Of a DNA stretch of 64,000 bases, positions 36,750 through 50,622 are shown piece after piece. Numbering within the stretch: position 1 is the first letter of the stretch; every line of letters starts with the position of its first letter. Where the stretch lies: assembly GCA_028826165.1 (NCBI GenBank), contig JAPDFW010000058.1, positions 372,001 through 436,000 of the forward strand. Direction: 5' to 3'. The DNA comes from Anaeramoeba ignava BMAN (taxonomy: Eukaryota; Protista; Anaeramoebae). The notes beneath the pieces are model-generated. The model had not been told where the DNA came from and made no database searches. It saw only the letters and a program-made list of their open reading frames with translations. The position numbers were made by a program, and so were the translations under genes.

Positions 36750-37690
36750 TTTTCAAAATCAAATTCAAATCAAAATTCAAAATTAAAACCAAATTCAAAA
36801 TTAAAATTCAAAATCAAATTCAAATCAAATTCAAATCAAAATCAAAATAAAATTCAAATTCAAAATTAAATTCAAAATTTAAATTCAAAATTAAATTCAA
36901 AATTTAAATTCAAAATTAAATTCAAATTAAAATTAAATTTAAATTCAAAAATCAAATCAAAATTAAAATCAAAATCAAAATTCAAATTCAAATTCAAAAT
37001 TAAAATCAAAATTAAAATCAAAATTAAAATTAAAATTAAAATCAAAAAAATCAAAATTCAAAGTCCAAAATTCAAATTCAAATCTAAAATCAAAATCAAA
37101 ATCAAAATTCAAAAATCAAAATCAAATTCAAATCAAATTCAAAATTCAAATTCAAAAAATCAAAAAAATCAAAATCAAAATCAAAAAATTAAAATTAAAA
37201 TCAAAAATTAAAACCAAATTCAAATTCAAAAATTCAAAATTCAAAATTAAAAATTCAAAAATTAAAATTAAAAATCAAAAAAAAAAAAAAAATCAAAATC
37301 AAAATCAAAATCAAAATTAAAAATCAAATTAAAAAAATCAAATTCAAAATCAAATTCAAAATCAAAAAACTAAAAAAATCAAAAATTCAAAATCAAAAAT
37401 TCAAATTCAAATTAAAATTCAAAATAAAAATTAAAATTCAAAAAATCAAATTAAAATCAAAATTAAAATCAAAATCAAATCAAAAAAATTAAAATTCAAA
37501 ATTTCAAAATTAAAAATCAAAATCAAATTCAAAAAAAATCAAAATCAAAAATTAAAATCAAAAATCAAAATTAAAAAATCAAATTCAAAATTAAAAATTA
37601 AAATTAAAATCAAAAAAAAAAAAATCAAAATCAAAAAAATCAAAAAATAAAAATCAAAATTAAAATTCAAAAATCAAAATCAAAATTTTA
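36750..37690. repeat. Degenerate (AAAATC/AAATTC)n intergenic microsatellite
   Basis: Seen directly. Confidence 0.9.
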
Positions 37691-37741
37691 TTTTTCATTT
37701 TTTTTTCATTTTTTTCTTTTCAAAAATTTTTTAAATAAAAA

Positions 37742-39228
37742 ATGACAAATTATTTAAATTTAGAAAAACTTTCAAATGATTTAAAAAATTTATTTCAAAA
37801 TCAAAAAGAAAAAGAAAGTTATTTTGATTTTAAAATAATTTGTGAACAAAATCAAATTTCATTTAAAACTCATAAATCAATTCTTTCTTCAAGAAGTGAT
37901 TATTTTAAATCTCTTTTTAAATCCAAAATGAAAGAATATCAAGAAAATAAATTAATTCTAAAAGATGTTTCAAGTTCAATTCTATCTTCAATTTTGAATT
38001 ATTTTTATTCAGGAAAAATTGAAATTAATTTAGAAAATGCAGTTCAAATTTTAATTTTTTCATCAAAATATTTAATTGATGATTTAATTGGAATTTGTTT
38101 AAATTTTATCAAAAACCATTTACAATTTGAAACTGTTGTTGATATTCTTAAATTATCTGAATCAATGAATTTCAATCAATTATTGGATTCTTCCTATAAA
38201 TTTATTTCTAAAAATTTTGATAAATTTATTGAAACTCCATTTTTTCTTGAACTTGAAGAAAATCATTTAAATTATATTTTATCAAATTATGAAATCTTAA
38301 CAGATGAATTTGAACTCTTTGAATCAATAATAAAATGGGGAAAACATAAATCAAATATTAATCAAGAAAAAGAATTGAATAAAGAAGAAAAAGAAAAAAT
38401 TCAAGATCAAATTTCAAATGTTATTGAAAAAATAAGATTTATTGATTTTACAAAAAAAGAATTTGAAAAAACTTTGAAAGAAGAATTAATTCCAAAACAA
38501 ATTTCAGAAAAATTAATTCAATTCCAAAAACTTCAAAACCAAGAAAATGAAAAAGAATTAAATCAATTTATTGGGAAAGAGTTAAAAGAATTTATTGAAA
38601 AAGAAAATGAAAATGAAAATTCATTCATTTTCAAACCAAAAATTGGTTTAAGTTGTTCAACAATAATACAAGAAAAAGAACATTTCAACAAATTAAAAGA
38701 ATGGATAAATGATAATGAATTCTTTTACAGAATGAGATTGGGATTTTCAGCAAAAAAAGATGGATTTAATTGTTTCAAATGGCATAAAAAATGTGATAAT
38801 CAAGAAGAAACATTAATTATTATCAAAACCAAAGATAATTTTATTTTTGGAGGATTTACTCAGTTGGATTTATAAACAATGAAATTTATTGGAGTAAAAA
38901 TCTTGAAGAAGCTGGATATATTTCAGATGAAAATGCATTTCTTTTTTCATTAAGAAATGATAAAAATGATCGAAAACCAGAGAAATTTCCTGTTAAATAC
39001 ATGAAAAATAGAACTGCTCTTTATTATCAAGACGATATTGGTCCAACTTTTGGAAAATTTTCTTCTGATCTTTTTTTGGATGAAAAATTAAAAACTGGAT
39101 GGACAAGTTTTGGTAGGAGTTATAAACTTCCTTATGGAATTAAATATGGAACAAAAGAAGCTGAAGATTATTTAGCTGGTTCTTATGATCAATGGGAAGT
39201 TGAAGAACTTGAAACTTTTTTCATTTAA
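37742..39228 (+). CDS. BTB/POZ-BACK-TLDc protein, tandem copy of 35248, with a 1-nt frameshift at ~38860
   Basis: tttactcagttgga vs tttacttcagttgga in the paralog; otherwise collinear to ELETFFI*. Confidence 0.85.
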
Positions 39229-39386
39229 AAAAATTTTCAAAATCAAATTCAAATTCAAAATTTGATTCCATTTTTTTTTGCTTTTTTGAAATTTATAAAA
39301 TAATAATAATATTATTATTAAAAAAAAGAAGATTCAAAAAAAAATTCAATTTTGAAGAAGAAAAAAAAACATTTTTGGATTAAATT

Positions 39387-40239
39387 TTAACAAACAAAAA
39401 TCCATTCATCTTCTCCAATATTAAGAGCATCATTAATAATAGCAACATCAACAAATTGCCTTAAACCACCATGATTAACATTAATATAACACCATTCTTT
39501 TTTGGTAATATTTCCTTTTTTGTTCTCTTTTATTGTATTAAAAACTATAAATTTAAAATATTTATTTTTTTAATTGAAATTTTTTAATTGGAATTTTTTA
39601 AATAGAAATCAAACCAATTTCCGATTCTTCTTTTGATTTAACAAAATCAAGACGTTGTAAAGCAACAAATAATTCTTCTTTTGACATTCCCTTTTAAATT
39701 AAAATTTTTTCAATTAAATTTTAAATAAAAATTTCAATTAGAATTTAAATAAAATTTTAAATAAAATTTTCTTTTTACTTCATCTAAATTTGAACACCAT
39801 GTTTTAAATGTAGTTTCAACTTGATTCGTAATCACTTCAAAATGGCTTTTAAATTTTATAAAATCATGAGATTTAAGATGCTATTAATTTCAAAACAAAT
39901 AAAAAAGAATAAAAAAAAAACAATAAATTTTTTAAAAGAAAAAAACTGTTTTAGAAATTTAAATGAAATTTAATTAATTTAAACTAAATCAACCTCAGAA
40001 GAATTTTCTGAACAAAATCTTTGGAATTGTTTTTCTGCATTTTCATCTGATATTCCTAATTTAGAACAGTATTTAACGAATATATCTTTTGTTAAACCTA
40101 AATATCTTTGTGATTTTTCAATTTCAAGAAGAAGTTGATTATAATCTTGAAGATAATTTGAAATTTGTTCTTCAGATAAATTTGGAAAAAGAGTCTTTAA
40201 TTCTTGATAATTTTGTTTATTTCTTTGACAATTTCCCAT
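39387..40239 (-). CDS. Small N-myristoylated protein with degenerate EF-hands (recoverin/calcineurin-B-like); 4 exons
   Basis: MGNC start; GT-AG introns 39881-39984, 39691-39778 and 39545-39614 keep frame; GMSKEELFVAL and NKKGNITKKEW resemble EF-hand loops. Confidence 0.6.
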
Positions 40240-40323
40240 TTAAAAAAATAAAAGAAAGAAAGAAAAATGATTTTTTAATTTTTTTTCATTTTTTTAATTT
40301 TTATTTTTTTCATTTTTTTTTTA

Positions 40324-43300
40324 ATGCAAGATTTATTATTTTCTCCTTTTAAAATTCAAATTTCTCCTCAAAATCCTTTTCAATCTCAAATTTCAAAACC
40401 TCCTTTAAATGGTTCTTTTGAAATTATTGGTTTATATCAACCTTTAGCAAATATTTCAAATTTAAACTTTTTAATTTCATATTCAACAGAAAAAAATCAA
40501 AGAAATCAAGTGAATTAAATTAAAAAAATTATTACATTAAAAATTTCTGATTGATTTTTTTTTTTCTTTTTAGAGTTTTATTTTTCTTTATTATTTCTTT
40601 GATTTTAAACAACAACCAAAAGAACTTTTTCGAATTAAAAGAGAAAATCTACAAATTTCAATTATTAACGCAACAATTTCTTCAAGTTTAACTAAAATTA
40701 GTAAAAAAAAAAACATTTTACTTTATTTTCTTTTCTTATGATTTATTTTTAATTTCTTTTTTTATTTAATTTAGTTTATACAATTTATAATCGTAAGTAA
40801 TATTTTTCAATATTTAAAAATAAAAATAAAAATAAAAATAAAAAAAAGTGGAATAATTTTTTTCTTTTAAAAAAGCTGCTTTATCAAAACCTTTTGAAAG
40901 TTTTCTTTCTCTCCAAGATCCTACAACTAATAATTTTACACATCAACCATTTGGAAAACCTTCTGAAAATTTACATAGTTATTTTGTAATTTTTTTTTTC
41001 CAAATTAATTTCATTTTATTTTATTGATTTTTAAAATTAAATTTAGATCCTAAATCAAAACCATTTACTTTTATTTTCAGATCGAGATATTTCTTTAATT
41101 AAAACTCAAAATTATGTAAATTTTCTTGTTTTTTTTTTTTCATTTTTATTCTTTTGACAAAATTCTCATCCAAAAAAAAATTTTTTTTTTCCATTTTAAG
41201 GAAAAACAAAAAATTAAACAAAAAATTGCAAAAAATGTAGATTGGTTTCAATTTGATGTTAGACCTCCACGTTTTTATCTTTATGTTTTCAAAGAAAAGC
41301 AATTTACTGTTTATTCTTATAAAAAAAAAAAATTTAAATCACTTTTTAAACCAATTTACGTAAACAATTTAATTTTTTTATTTAATTTCCAATTTCTAAA
41401 TTAAATCTTCATTTCTTTTTTTAGATTACTACTTATTTATATCCAAATTTTTTTGGAGATCTAAAAAAAAAACCAATTCAAAAAAACAATCAACCTTTTT
41501 TATATTTTCGCAATTCACTTACTGAAAATGAAATTTTTCAATGTTTTGATTTTGTTAATCTTGTAAAATCAAAATCAAAATCAAAATCAAATTCAAAATC
41601 CATTAGAAAATGAAAACCAAATTCAAAATTAAAATCAAAATCAAAATCAAAATCAATATTAAATTCAAATTCAAATTCAAATTCAAATTCAAAATCAAAT
41701 TCAAAATTCAAAATCAAAATCAAATTCAAAATCAAAATCAAAATCAAAATCAATATTAAAATCAAAATTCAAAATCAAAATCAAATTTAAAATTAAAATC
41801 AAAATTAAAATCAAAATTAAATTTAAAATCAAAATAAAAATTAAAATCAAAATTAAAATTAAAATTAAAATTAAAATTAAAATTAAAATCAAAAATCAAA
41901 AATAAAAAATCAAAATCAAAATTCAAAAAATTCAAAATCAAAATCAAATTCAAAAATCAAAATCAAAATCAAAATCAAAATCAAAATCAAAATCAAAATC
42001 AAAATCAAATTCAAATTCAAATTCAAAATCAAAATCAAAATCAAAATCAAAATTAAAATTAAAATCAAAATTAAATTTAAAACCAAAATCAAAATCAATA
42101 TTAAAATCAAAATCAAAATCAAAATTAAAATTAAAATCAAAATCAAAATCAAAATCAAAATCAAAATTAAAATCAAAATTTAAAATCAAAATCAAAATCA
42201 AAATCAAAATCAAAATCAAAATTAAAATTAAAATCAAAATCAAAATCAAAATCAAAATCTAAATCAAAATCAAAATCAAAATCTAAATCAAAATCAAAAT
42301 CAAAATTAAAATTAAAATCAAATTCAAAATTTAAATCAAAATCAAAATCAAAATCAAAATCAAAATCAAAATCTAAATCAAAATTAAAATCAAAATCTAA
42401 ATCAAAATCAAAATCAATATTAAAATCAAATTCAAAATCAAAATTAAAATCAAATTCAAAACTAAAAGGAATCTTGTTATTGTTTATGCTATTCAAAAAT
42501 TTCACTACAAACTCAAACTTTAGTTACTAATGTTCTTATTATTATTGAAGATCAAGAATATTATATGGAGTTACCAAAAATTCAAGCTTCATCTCTTCCA
42601 AATTTTGGAGTAATTTCAGAAACACTTGTAATTGAGTTTCCAAATAAAAAAACATGTCTTATCGATTGCAATGGACATTCACCTACTCCATTATTTTGTG
42701 AAAAGAAATTTTTTGAAGAAATTGAAAATGAAATTGAAATTGAAAATGAAAATGAAAACGAAATTGAAATTGAAAATCAAAATGAAAATGAAAATGAAAA
42801 TGAAAATGAAAATGAAAATGAAAATCAAAATCAAAATCAAAATCAAAATCAAAATCAAAATCAAAATCAAAATCAAAATCAAAATAAAAATGAAAATCAA
42901 AATCAAAATGAAATTGAAAATAAAAATCAAAATCAAATTCAAATTCAAAATGAAAATCAAAATCAAAATCAAATTCAAAATGAAAATCAAAATCAAAATC
43001 AAAATCAAAATCAAAATAAAAATAAAAATCAAAATAAAAATCAAAATAAAAATCAAAATAAAAATCAAAATCAAAATGAAAATAAAAATCAAATTCAAAA
43101 TGAAAATGAAAATGAAAATGAAAATCAAAATCAAAATGAAAATCAAAATGAAAATGAAAATCAAAATCAAAATCAAAATGAAATTGAAAATGAAAATGAA
43201 AATGAAATTAAAAATATATTTATTCCATCAATAAGAAATTTTTTTAAAATAACTCGATTCAATCAAGTTAATAATTCAAAGCATCTTATTCAAAATTTAG

Positions 43301-45264
43301 TTATTGAATCAGTTGATTTTTCTTCAAAAAAGTTAATTTCAATCCAAGAATTTGATTCTGTTATATTACAACAAATTTTCCATCTTATTTTTTTCCATTT
43401 TGTTGATATTTCAGAAGAATTAAAAAAAGTTTTACCACTTGAAAACATCGAAAGACTATTTTTTGATATACAAGAATTCAGAAATAAAATTCAAAATTTC
43501 AACATAAATTCTTCTCGAAGAATTAACAGAGAACAAGAAATTAATAATAATAATAATAATCAATCAGAAATAAATTTGTTTGAAAGTGATGATATTGATG
43601 ATAGGAATAATGAAAATGTTAATATTCAAGAAAATGATATCCGAAATAATGATATGATGAATTCGATAAATTGTAATAAAATCTAAAATCAAAATCAAAA
43701 TCAAAATCAAAATCAAAAATCAAAATAAAAATAAAAATAAAAATAAAAATCAAAATGAAAATGAAAATGAAAATGAAAATGAAAATGAAAATTAAATTCA
43801 AAATCAAAATTAAAATTAAAATCAAAATCAAAATCAAAATTAAAATTAAAATTAAAATTCAAAATCAAAATCAAAACCAAAATCAAAATTAAATTTAAAA
43901 TTCAATTCAAAATCTTAGTTAATCTTGCAAACTCTTTTTTTGCGAAATATTCTTGTCGTGCTTTTTCACTTGCAAGTCAAAACGCAATCCATTTTTTAAT
44001 ATATATTTTTTCCAAAAGTGCTTCACATTTATTAAAACCAAATGTTTTGCAAGAATTATTTTTTGGATTTTATTTTATAGAACATAAATTAAAGCATTTA
44101 ATTCAAACAATTTCTTTAATTGATTTCCCACTTCTTGTAAAAATCAAAATTAAATTAAAAATCAAAATTAAAATCAAAATAAAAATAAAAATCAAAATTA
44201 AAATCAAAATCAAAATCAAAATCAAAATCAAAATCAAAATCAAAATCAAAATCAAAATTAAAATTCAAAAAAATTAAAATCAAAATTAAAAAATTCAAAA
44301 TTAAAAAAATCAAAATAAAATTTAAAATTAAAATTAAAATCAAAATCAAAATCAAAATCAAAATCAAAATCAAAATCAAAATCAAAATCAAAATCAAATT
44401 CAAAATCAAAATCAAAATCAAAATCAAAATCAAAATCAAAATCAAAATTCAAAATTAAAATTAAAATCAAAATCAAAATCAAAATTAAAATCAAAATCAA
44501 AATTAAAATTAAAATCAAAATCAAAATTAAAATTAAAATTAAAATCAAAATTAAAATTCAGATTTATATCCAAAATAATAAAATACCAACAATTTTTGAA
44601 ATGCCAATAATTCGAGTTGATTCCAAAAATTTAATCCCTGAGCAATCTTTCGAAAAAATAGATACATTTTGCTCTTTTTTCTGTTTATCAATCAAACCAT
44701 TTATTATTGAAATTAGTTCGCAATGTTTTGATGTTTTATCTTTTTTGATTCAAAATTCTTCTATTGATCCAAAATATCAATTTGAATTATTTTCTGATTT
44801 ATTCTTTGTGTTAAATTTACTTAATTCACAAATTGAACAAAAATATTTTATTCAAAAAGAAAATCTTTCTATTCATTCTCAATTCTTTAATCAAGAAACA
44901 AAAAAGATTAATAAAGAATATAAAAAAAAAGAAAAAGACAATCAAATCAAAAAAAGAATTTCAACTTATAAATCAAATCAACAAAAGATTCTTTTATTAA
45001 AACATCTTTTAAAAAGAACAAGAATTTTAGTTGAAAAAAAAAATTCAGAACAAATTAATCCAAAAATTCCGAAAGAAGATCTTATTTTTTTAAAAAAGTA
45101 AATTTATTTATTTTTATTTTCAATTTTTCAAATTCAATTTTTTAATTTTTTAATTTTTTATTTTATTATTTTTTAATAGATTTCCAACAAGAAATATGGT
45201 TGAATTTTTTATTGATAATGAAATTTTTCCACAAGAAAATTTTGATAATTTAGAAAATATTTAA
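40324..45264 (+). CDS. Large multi-exon protein with microsatellite introns and an N/Q/E tract; weak resemblance to the GSAP/pigeon family
   Basis: Series of coding-like exons bounded by GT/AG. IAKNVDWFQFDVRPPRFYLY recalls the GSAP W.Q[WF]D....R[LF]Y segment. Exon structure not fully resolved and family call tentative. Confidence 0.45.
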
Positions 45265-45394
45265 TAAAAAATTTTTTTTTAAGAACAAGAAAATGAAAGA
45301 AAATTGAAAATAATTTTTCATTTTTCATTTTTCATTTTTCATTTTTCATTTTTCATTTTTCATTTTTTCATTTTTTCATTTTTTTCATTTTGAA

Positions 45395-47861
45395 ATGTCA
45401 GTTATTTCAGCTCAAGACGCATTTTCTCAAGCAAATTCACAATTTATTGATGGTAATAATAAAAATAATAAAAACAAATTTTTTTTTAAATTTTTTTTTT
45501 TAAATTTTTTTTTATTAGAACAATATGAAGAAGCACTTGAAAATTATAACCTCGCAATTGAACTTTCAGAAAAGAATGATAAAGTTCTTGCAGATTATTA
45601 TTCTAAAAGAGCAGCTTGTAATTTAGAATTAGGAAATTATACAGGTAAATTTTATTTTAAAAACAAAAAGGAAAATTTTTTTTATTTAAAAAATATTATT
45701 ACTATTTAGATTCATTATCAGATGCGAATAAAGTAATTGATTTAGATCCACAAAATGTATTTGGATATGTTCGAAAAGGGTAAATAGTTTATAATTCAAA
45801 ATTGAAAGAAAAAATTAATCAAAAATTCTGAAAACAATTTTTTTAATTTTTTTAAAAAAAAAGGCTTTCATTATTTCAACTTGAAGAATATTTTAGTGCA
45901 AAATCAGCAATTGAATCTGGTTTAAAAATTAAACCTGAAGATAGAAAATTAAAAATGTGGTTAAGAAAATGTGAAGCAGAAATTGAACAAGAAAATGAAA
46001 AAGAAAATGAATTAAAAAATCAAAAACCAAAAGAAAAACCAAAAGAAAATGAATTAAAAATCAAAATCAAAATCAAAATCAAAATCAAAATCAAAATCAA
46101 AAACCAAAAGAAAAACCAAAAGAAAATCAAAAAGAAAATGAATTAAATCAAAATCAAAATCAAAATCAAAATCAAAATCAAAATCAAAATCAAAATCAAA
46201 ATCAAAATCAAAATCAAAACAAAAATCAAAATCAAAATCAAAATCAAAATCAAAAAGAAAATGAATTAAATCAAAATCAAAATCAAAATCCATTTTATAA
46301 TCCTCCAAAAAAACAAAAAATTGATTATAATTGGTCTCAAACAAAAGATTTAATTTTATTATCCATTTTATATCAAAATCCAAAACCCAAAGATTTTGAT
46401 ATTGATATTAAAAGTAGAACAGTTAATATTACAATTAGAATAACTAAGAATAGAGATTATAGTCTTGTTATTCCTTTATCTGATGAAATTGTTTCAGAAC
46501 AAACAAAGAAGGAATTTAAAGCAGATAAATTAGAACTTCATTTAAAAAAAAAGAATCCAAAACCATGGAAAACTCTTGAACCTAGTTCAACAAAAAGTGC
46601 AAATTAATTAAAATTAAAATTAAAATTCATTTATAAAATTAAAATTAAAATTTAAAATCAAAATTAAAATTAAAATTAAAATTAAAATTAAAATTAAAAT
46701 TAAAATTAAAATTAAAATCGAAATTAAAATTAAAATTAAAATTAAAATTAAAATTAAAATTAAAATTAAAATTAAAATTAAAATTAAAATTAAAATTAAA
46801 ATTAAAATTAAAATTAAAATTCATTTATAAAATTAAAATTAAAATTAAAATTAAAATTAAAATTAAAATTAAATTTAAAATTAAAATTGAAATCAAAATT
46901 AAAATTAAAATTCATCTATAAAATTAAAATTAAAATTAAAATTAAAATTAAAATTGAAATTGAAATTGAAATTAAAATTAAAATTAAAATTCAAATTAAA
47001 ATTAAAATTAAAATTAAAATTAAATATTAAAATTAAAATTAAAATTAAAATTAAAATTAAAATTAAAATTAAAATTAAAATTAAAATTAAAATTAAAATT
47101 AAAATTAAAATTAAAATTAAAATTAAAATTAAAATTAAAATTAAAAATTAAAAATTAAAATTAATATTAAAATCAAAATTATTAAAATTAAAATTAAAAT
47201 TAAAAATTAAAATTAAAATTAAAATTAAAATTAAAATTAAAATTAAAATTAAAATTAAAATTAAAATTAAAATTAAAATTAAAATTAAAATTAAAATTAA
47301 AATTAAAATTAAAATTAAAATTAAAATTAAAATTAAAATTAAAATTAAAATTCATTTATAAAATTAAAATTAAAATCAAAATTAAAATTAAAATTTAAAT
47401 TTAAATTAAAATTAAAATTGAAATTGAAATTAAAATTAATATTAAAATTAAAATTAAAATTAAAATTTAAATTAAAATTAAAATTGAAATTAAATATTAA
47501 AATTAAAATTAAAATTAAAATTAAAATTTAAATTAAAATTCTTTTGAAAATTCTTTTGAAAATTCTTTTGAAAATAATCTCTTTTTTAGATTCAGGAAAA
47601 ACTCCTACATATCCAACATCAAGTAAAACAAAAAAGAATTGGGATCAAATTCTTAAAGATGAAGATGATTTTGATGTTGGAGGAGATCCATTAAATGCAT
47701 TATTTCAGAAAATTTACATGCAAGGAAATGATGAAACAAGAAGAGCAATGAATAAATCATTTTTAGAAAGTGATGGAAAAGTTTTATCAACAAATTGGGG
47801 AGATGTTGGAAATCGAAAAGTTGAATATGTTCCTCCAAAATCAGATGGTTCTCCAATTTAA
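45395..47861 (+). CDS. SUGT1: SGT1 co-chaperone (TPR-CS-SGS), multi-exon
   Basis: TPR exons, CS domain (YNWSQTK...), and SGS motif YPTSSK..KNWD...LNALFQKIY..G.DETRRAMNKSFLESDGKVLSTNW; last intron 46597-47589. Confidence 0.93.
46600..47545. repeat. Intronic (AAAATT)n microsatellite
   Basis: Fills the last SGT1 intron. Confidence 0.92.
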
Positions 47862-47999
47862 AAAGAAGATGATGAAAAAATTTTTTTTACTTTTAGGGAA
47901 AAATTTTTTTGCTTTTTTTTGATAAAACAATTTAAAAAAAAAAAGAAAACGTTTTTTCATTTTTTTCATTTTTTTCATTTTTTTTCATTTATTATTTTT

Positions 48000-49523
48000 A
48001 TGAATCAAACTTTTTCAAATTTTCAAGAACTCAGTCAAAATTTATTCAAACTTTTTAACCAACAAAATTTTCTTAGTGATTTTGAAATTGAAGTTAAAAA
48101 TCAATTCAAATTTTATTGTCATAAATCAATTCTTTATTCAAGATCACCATTTTTTAAAGAATTTTTTGAAAATGAAACAACAAAAAACCAAAAAAATTTC
48201 AGACTTAATTCAGTGAAAAAAGAAGCTATGGAAAAAGTGCTCATTTTTATTTATTCAGGAACTGTTGAACTTAATGATGATACAGTTCTTGATGTGATGC
48301 TTTTATCAAATAAATTGCGAATTCAACGACTTCAAGAATTTTCACAAGAATTTTTTCAAAAAAAACTTTCTATTCAAAACATTCTTCAAGTTTATGATAT
48401 TTCGCTTCAATTCAATTCGCAATTAAAAAATAAGTGTGTTAAATTTATGAATAAAAACATGAGCCAAATTCTGAAAGAAGGAAGATACAGTGATTTATCA
48501 AGTTTTTCAATGAAAGAAATTTTGAAAAGCAACCAATTCATTATCAAAAAAGAGTCTGAACTGATGAAATTTTTATTGAAATGGAATGAATTTTTTGAAG
48601 CAAATTTAACAGAGAAGAACAAAATCAATGAAAATGACGAAAAAAAAGAGAAAAAAGAGGATGATTCAAAATACTTTTTTAAATTGGAAGAAAACAAAGA
48701 AAACAAAGAAAACAAAGAAGAAAAGGATAATTTTTTCAAGTATATTCGGTTTATTGATTTTTCACCAGATGAATTATTTGAATACAAAGAATACATTCCA
48801 AAAGAAGTACTTTTGGATATTTTCTCACTCAAAACAGTATCATCACTAAATCAACGGAAAATTTTCATGAATTTCTCATCAAACCCATTATTTGAAGGCT
48901 CATTAATTTACACACCACGAATAAATTTCTTCACAAAATCGAAAATATTGAGTGATGAAAGAAATCAAAAATCAATCAATTATTATATTTTCAAACTAAG
49001 TCAATGGCTTGGCTCAACAGATTTTCTTAATTCTTGTTCGCTTTGTTTTCGTGCGACTCGGGATGATTTCTCTGCTGAGAGATTCCATGCTCAATGCGAT
49101 GAACAGGGACCAACATTAGTGTTCTATCAAACCCCAAAAAACTTCATTTATGGTGGATTTACAACTGCCGGTTGGAAAGATCCTATCGATGGATACTTTG
49201 TCACTGATCCAAATGCGTTTATCTTCCTCATCAACAATCCAGAGTCAAATTATCCTGCTGAAAAATTCGCAAACACTGAGGAGGAACATGCTTTGTTTTA
49301 TAAAAAAGATAGAGGTCCAACTTTTGGTGATTCTGATTCAACAAGTGATTCTTTGTTAACTGACCATTTTGCTGGTTTTGGTTATAGCTATAAAAATCCG
49401 ACTTCTGATGATTTTGATCCTTTAAAAGAATCCACTTTTTTTGCTGGTTCGGATATTAAAAATAAGTTGATGGAAATTGAAGTGTTTTGTTTAATTGATT
49501 CCAAAAAAGAAAAATTGAACTAA
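48000..49523 (+). CDS. Divergent BTB-BACK-TLDc protein
   Basis: SDFEIEV..FYCHKSILYSRSPFF; LCFRATRDDFSAERFHAQCDEQGPTL..YGGFT; GPTFG; EIEVF; first ATG at 48000. Confidence 0.9.
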   Translation: MNQTFSNFQELSQNLFKLFNQQNFLSDFEIEVKNQFKFYCHKSILYSRSPFFKEFFENETTKNQKNFRLNSVKKEAMEKVLIFIYSGTVELNDDTVLDVMLLSNKLRIQRLQEFSQEFFQKKLSIQNILQVYDISLQFNSQLKNKCVKFMNKNMSQILKEGRYSDLSSFSMKEILKSNQFIIKKESELMKFLLKWNEFFEANLTEKNKINENDEKKEKKEDDSKYFFKLEENKENKENKEEKDNFFKYIRFIDFSPDELFEYKEYIPKEVLLDIFSLKTVSSLNQRKIFMNFSSNPLFEGSLIYTPRINFFTKSKILSDERNQKSINYYIFKLSQWLGSTDFLNSCSLCFRATRDDFSAERFHAQCDEQGPTLVFYQTPKNFIYGGFTTAGWKDPIDGYFVTDPNAFIFLINNPESNYPAEKFANTEEEHALFYKKDRGPTFGDSDSTSDSLLTDHFAGFGYSYKNPTSDDFDPLKESTFFAGSDIKNKLMEIEVFCLIDSKKEKLN

Positions 49524-49623
49524 CAAATTTTGATTAAAAAACAAAAACAAAAACAAAAACAACATTTTTTTGCTTTTTTTTAATTTCATTTTTTTTAAAT
49601 CATTTTAAAAAAGAAAGGAAATA

Positions 49624-50388
49624 ATGGAGAAGTTTTCTCAAAATGTTTGGAATTTAAAAATTGATTTCATCTTTCATTGTTTCAATCTGGTAATTTTAAA
49701 TTATAAATTAGAATTAAATTTGAAATTAAATTTAAAATAAATTTAAAATAAAAATTTATAAAAATTAGTTTGGATGGTTTTTTGAAATTGGAGGATTAGG
49801 TTAGAAATGATTTATTTATTGATTTATTTATTTATTTATTTAATTAAAAACAAATTTTGCATTTTTATTCCTAAATTTTAAAGCAAGTTTTGAAGAAACT
49901 ATTCAAAAGACTTTAGTATTATATTTTTTAACTACAATGTTTTCGCTTTGTGTTTCTATTGCAATGATTGTCTTATCAGGATTTGAAAAATTAGGAACAA
50001 AAGCAAGAAATTTTTTTATTTTTTGCATTATTCCAATTATTATATTCAATTTATATGGAGCACAATATATTTATGATATTTTTTGTTTAGCATATAAAGA
50101 GAATTCTTTATCATGTTTAACAGAGAGTCGAATATTTGTAGTTGGAGCAACTTTTTCAACATTTGGGCTTGTGTGTTTTCCAAAATTATTTATAAAATCT
50201 AAACCAAAATTAAAATCAAAATCAAAATATAAATTCAAAAATTAAAATTTTCTATTTTATTGAAATAGGCTGGATTATTAGTTATAAATACTATCAAATC
50301 ACAAGATTTACAGAACAAAGGTTATGAATTAATTTCAGGTGAAAATGATCCAAAAAAATCCAAATTAGAAAACAAAATGAAAAATTGA
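49624..50388 (+). CDS. Small multi-pass membrane protein, multi-exon
   Basis: Hydrophobic exons joined by short GT-AG introns; C-terminal GYELI sorting-like motif. Confidence 0.55.
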
Positions 50389-50622
50389 AAAATGAAAAAA
50401 TGTTGGTTAAATTGAAGTGGTTGAAATGACTAAACTAAAAAAAGGAAAATTGAAAATTGAAAAAAAAAAATATATCCCCACACTTTGTGAGCTGGATCTT
50501 TAAATTAAATTTGATTTGAAATGATCAATTTTTTGATTAAAAAGAAAGAAAATTATTTTTTTCTTCAAAATCTTTTTTTTTAAATTCGTTTTTTTCTTGT
50601 TTAAAAAGAAAGAAAAATTGAA

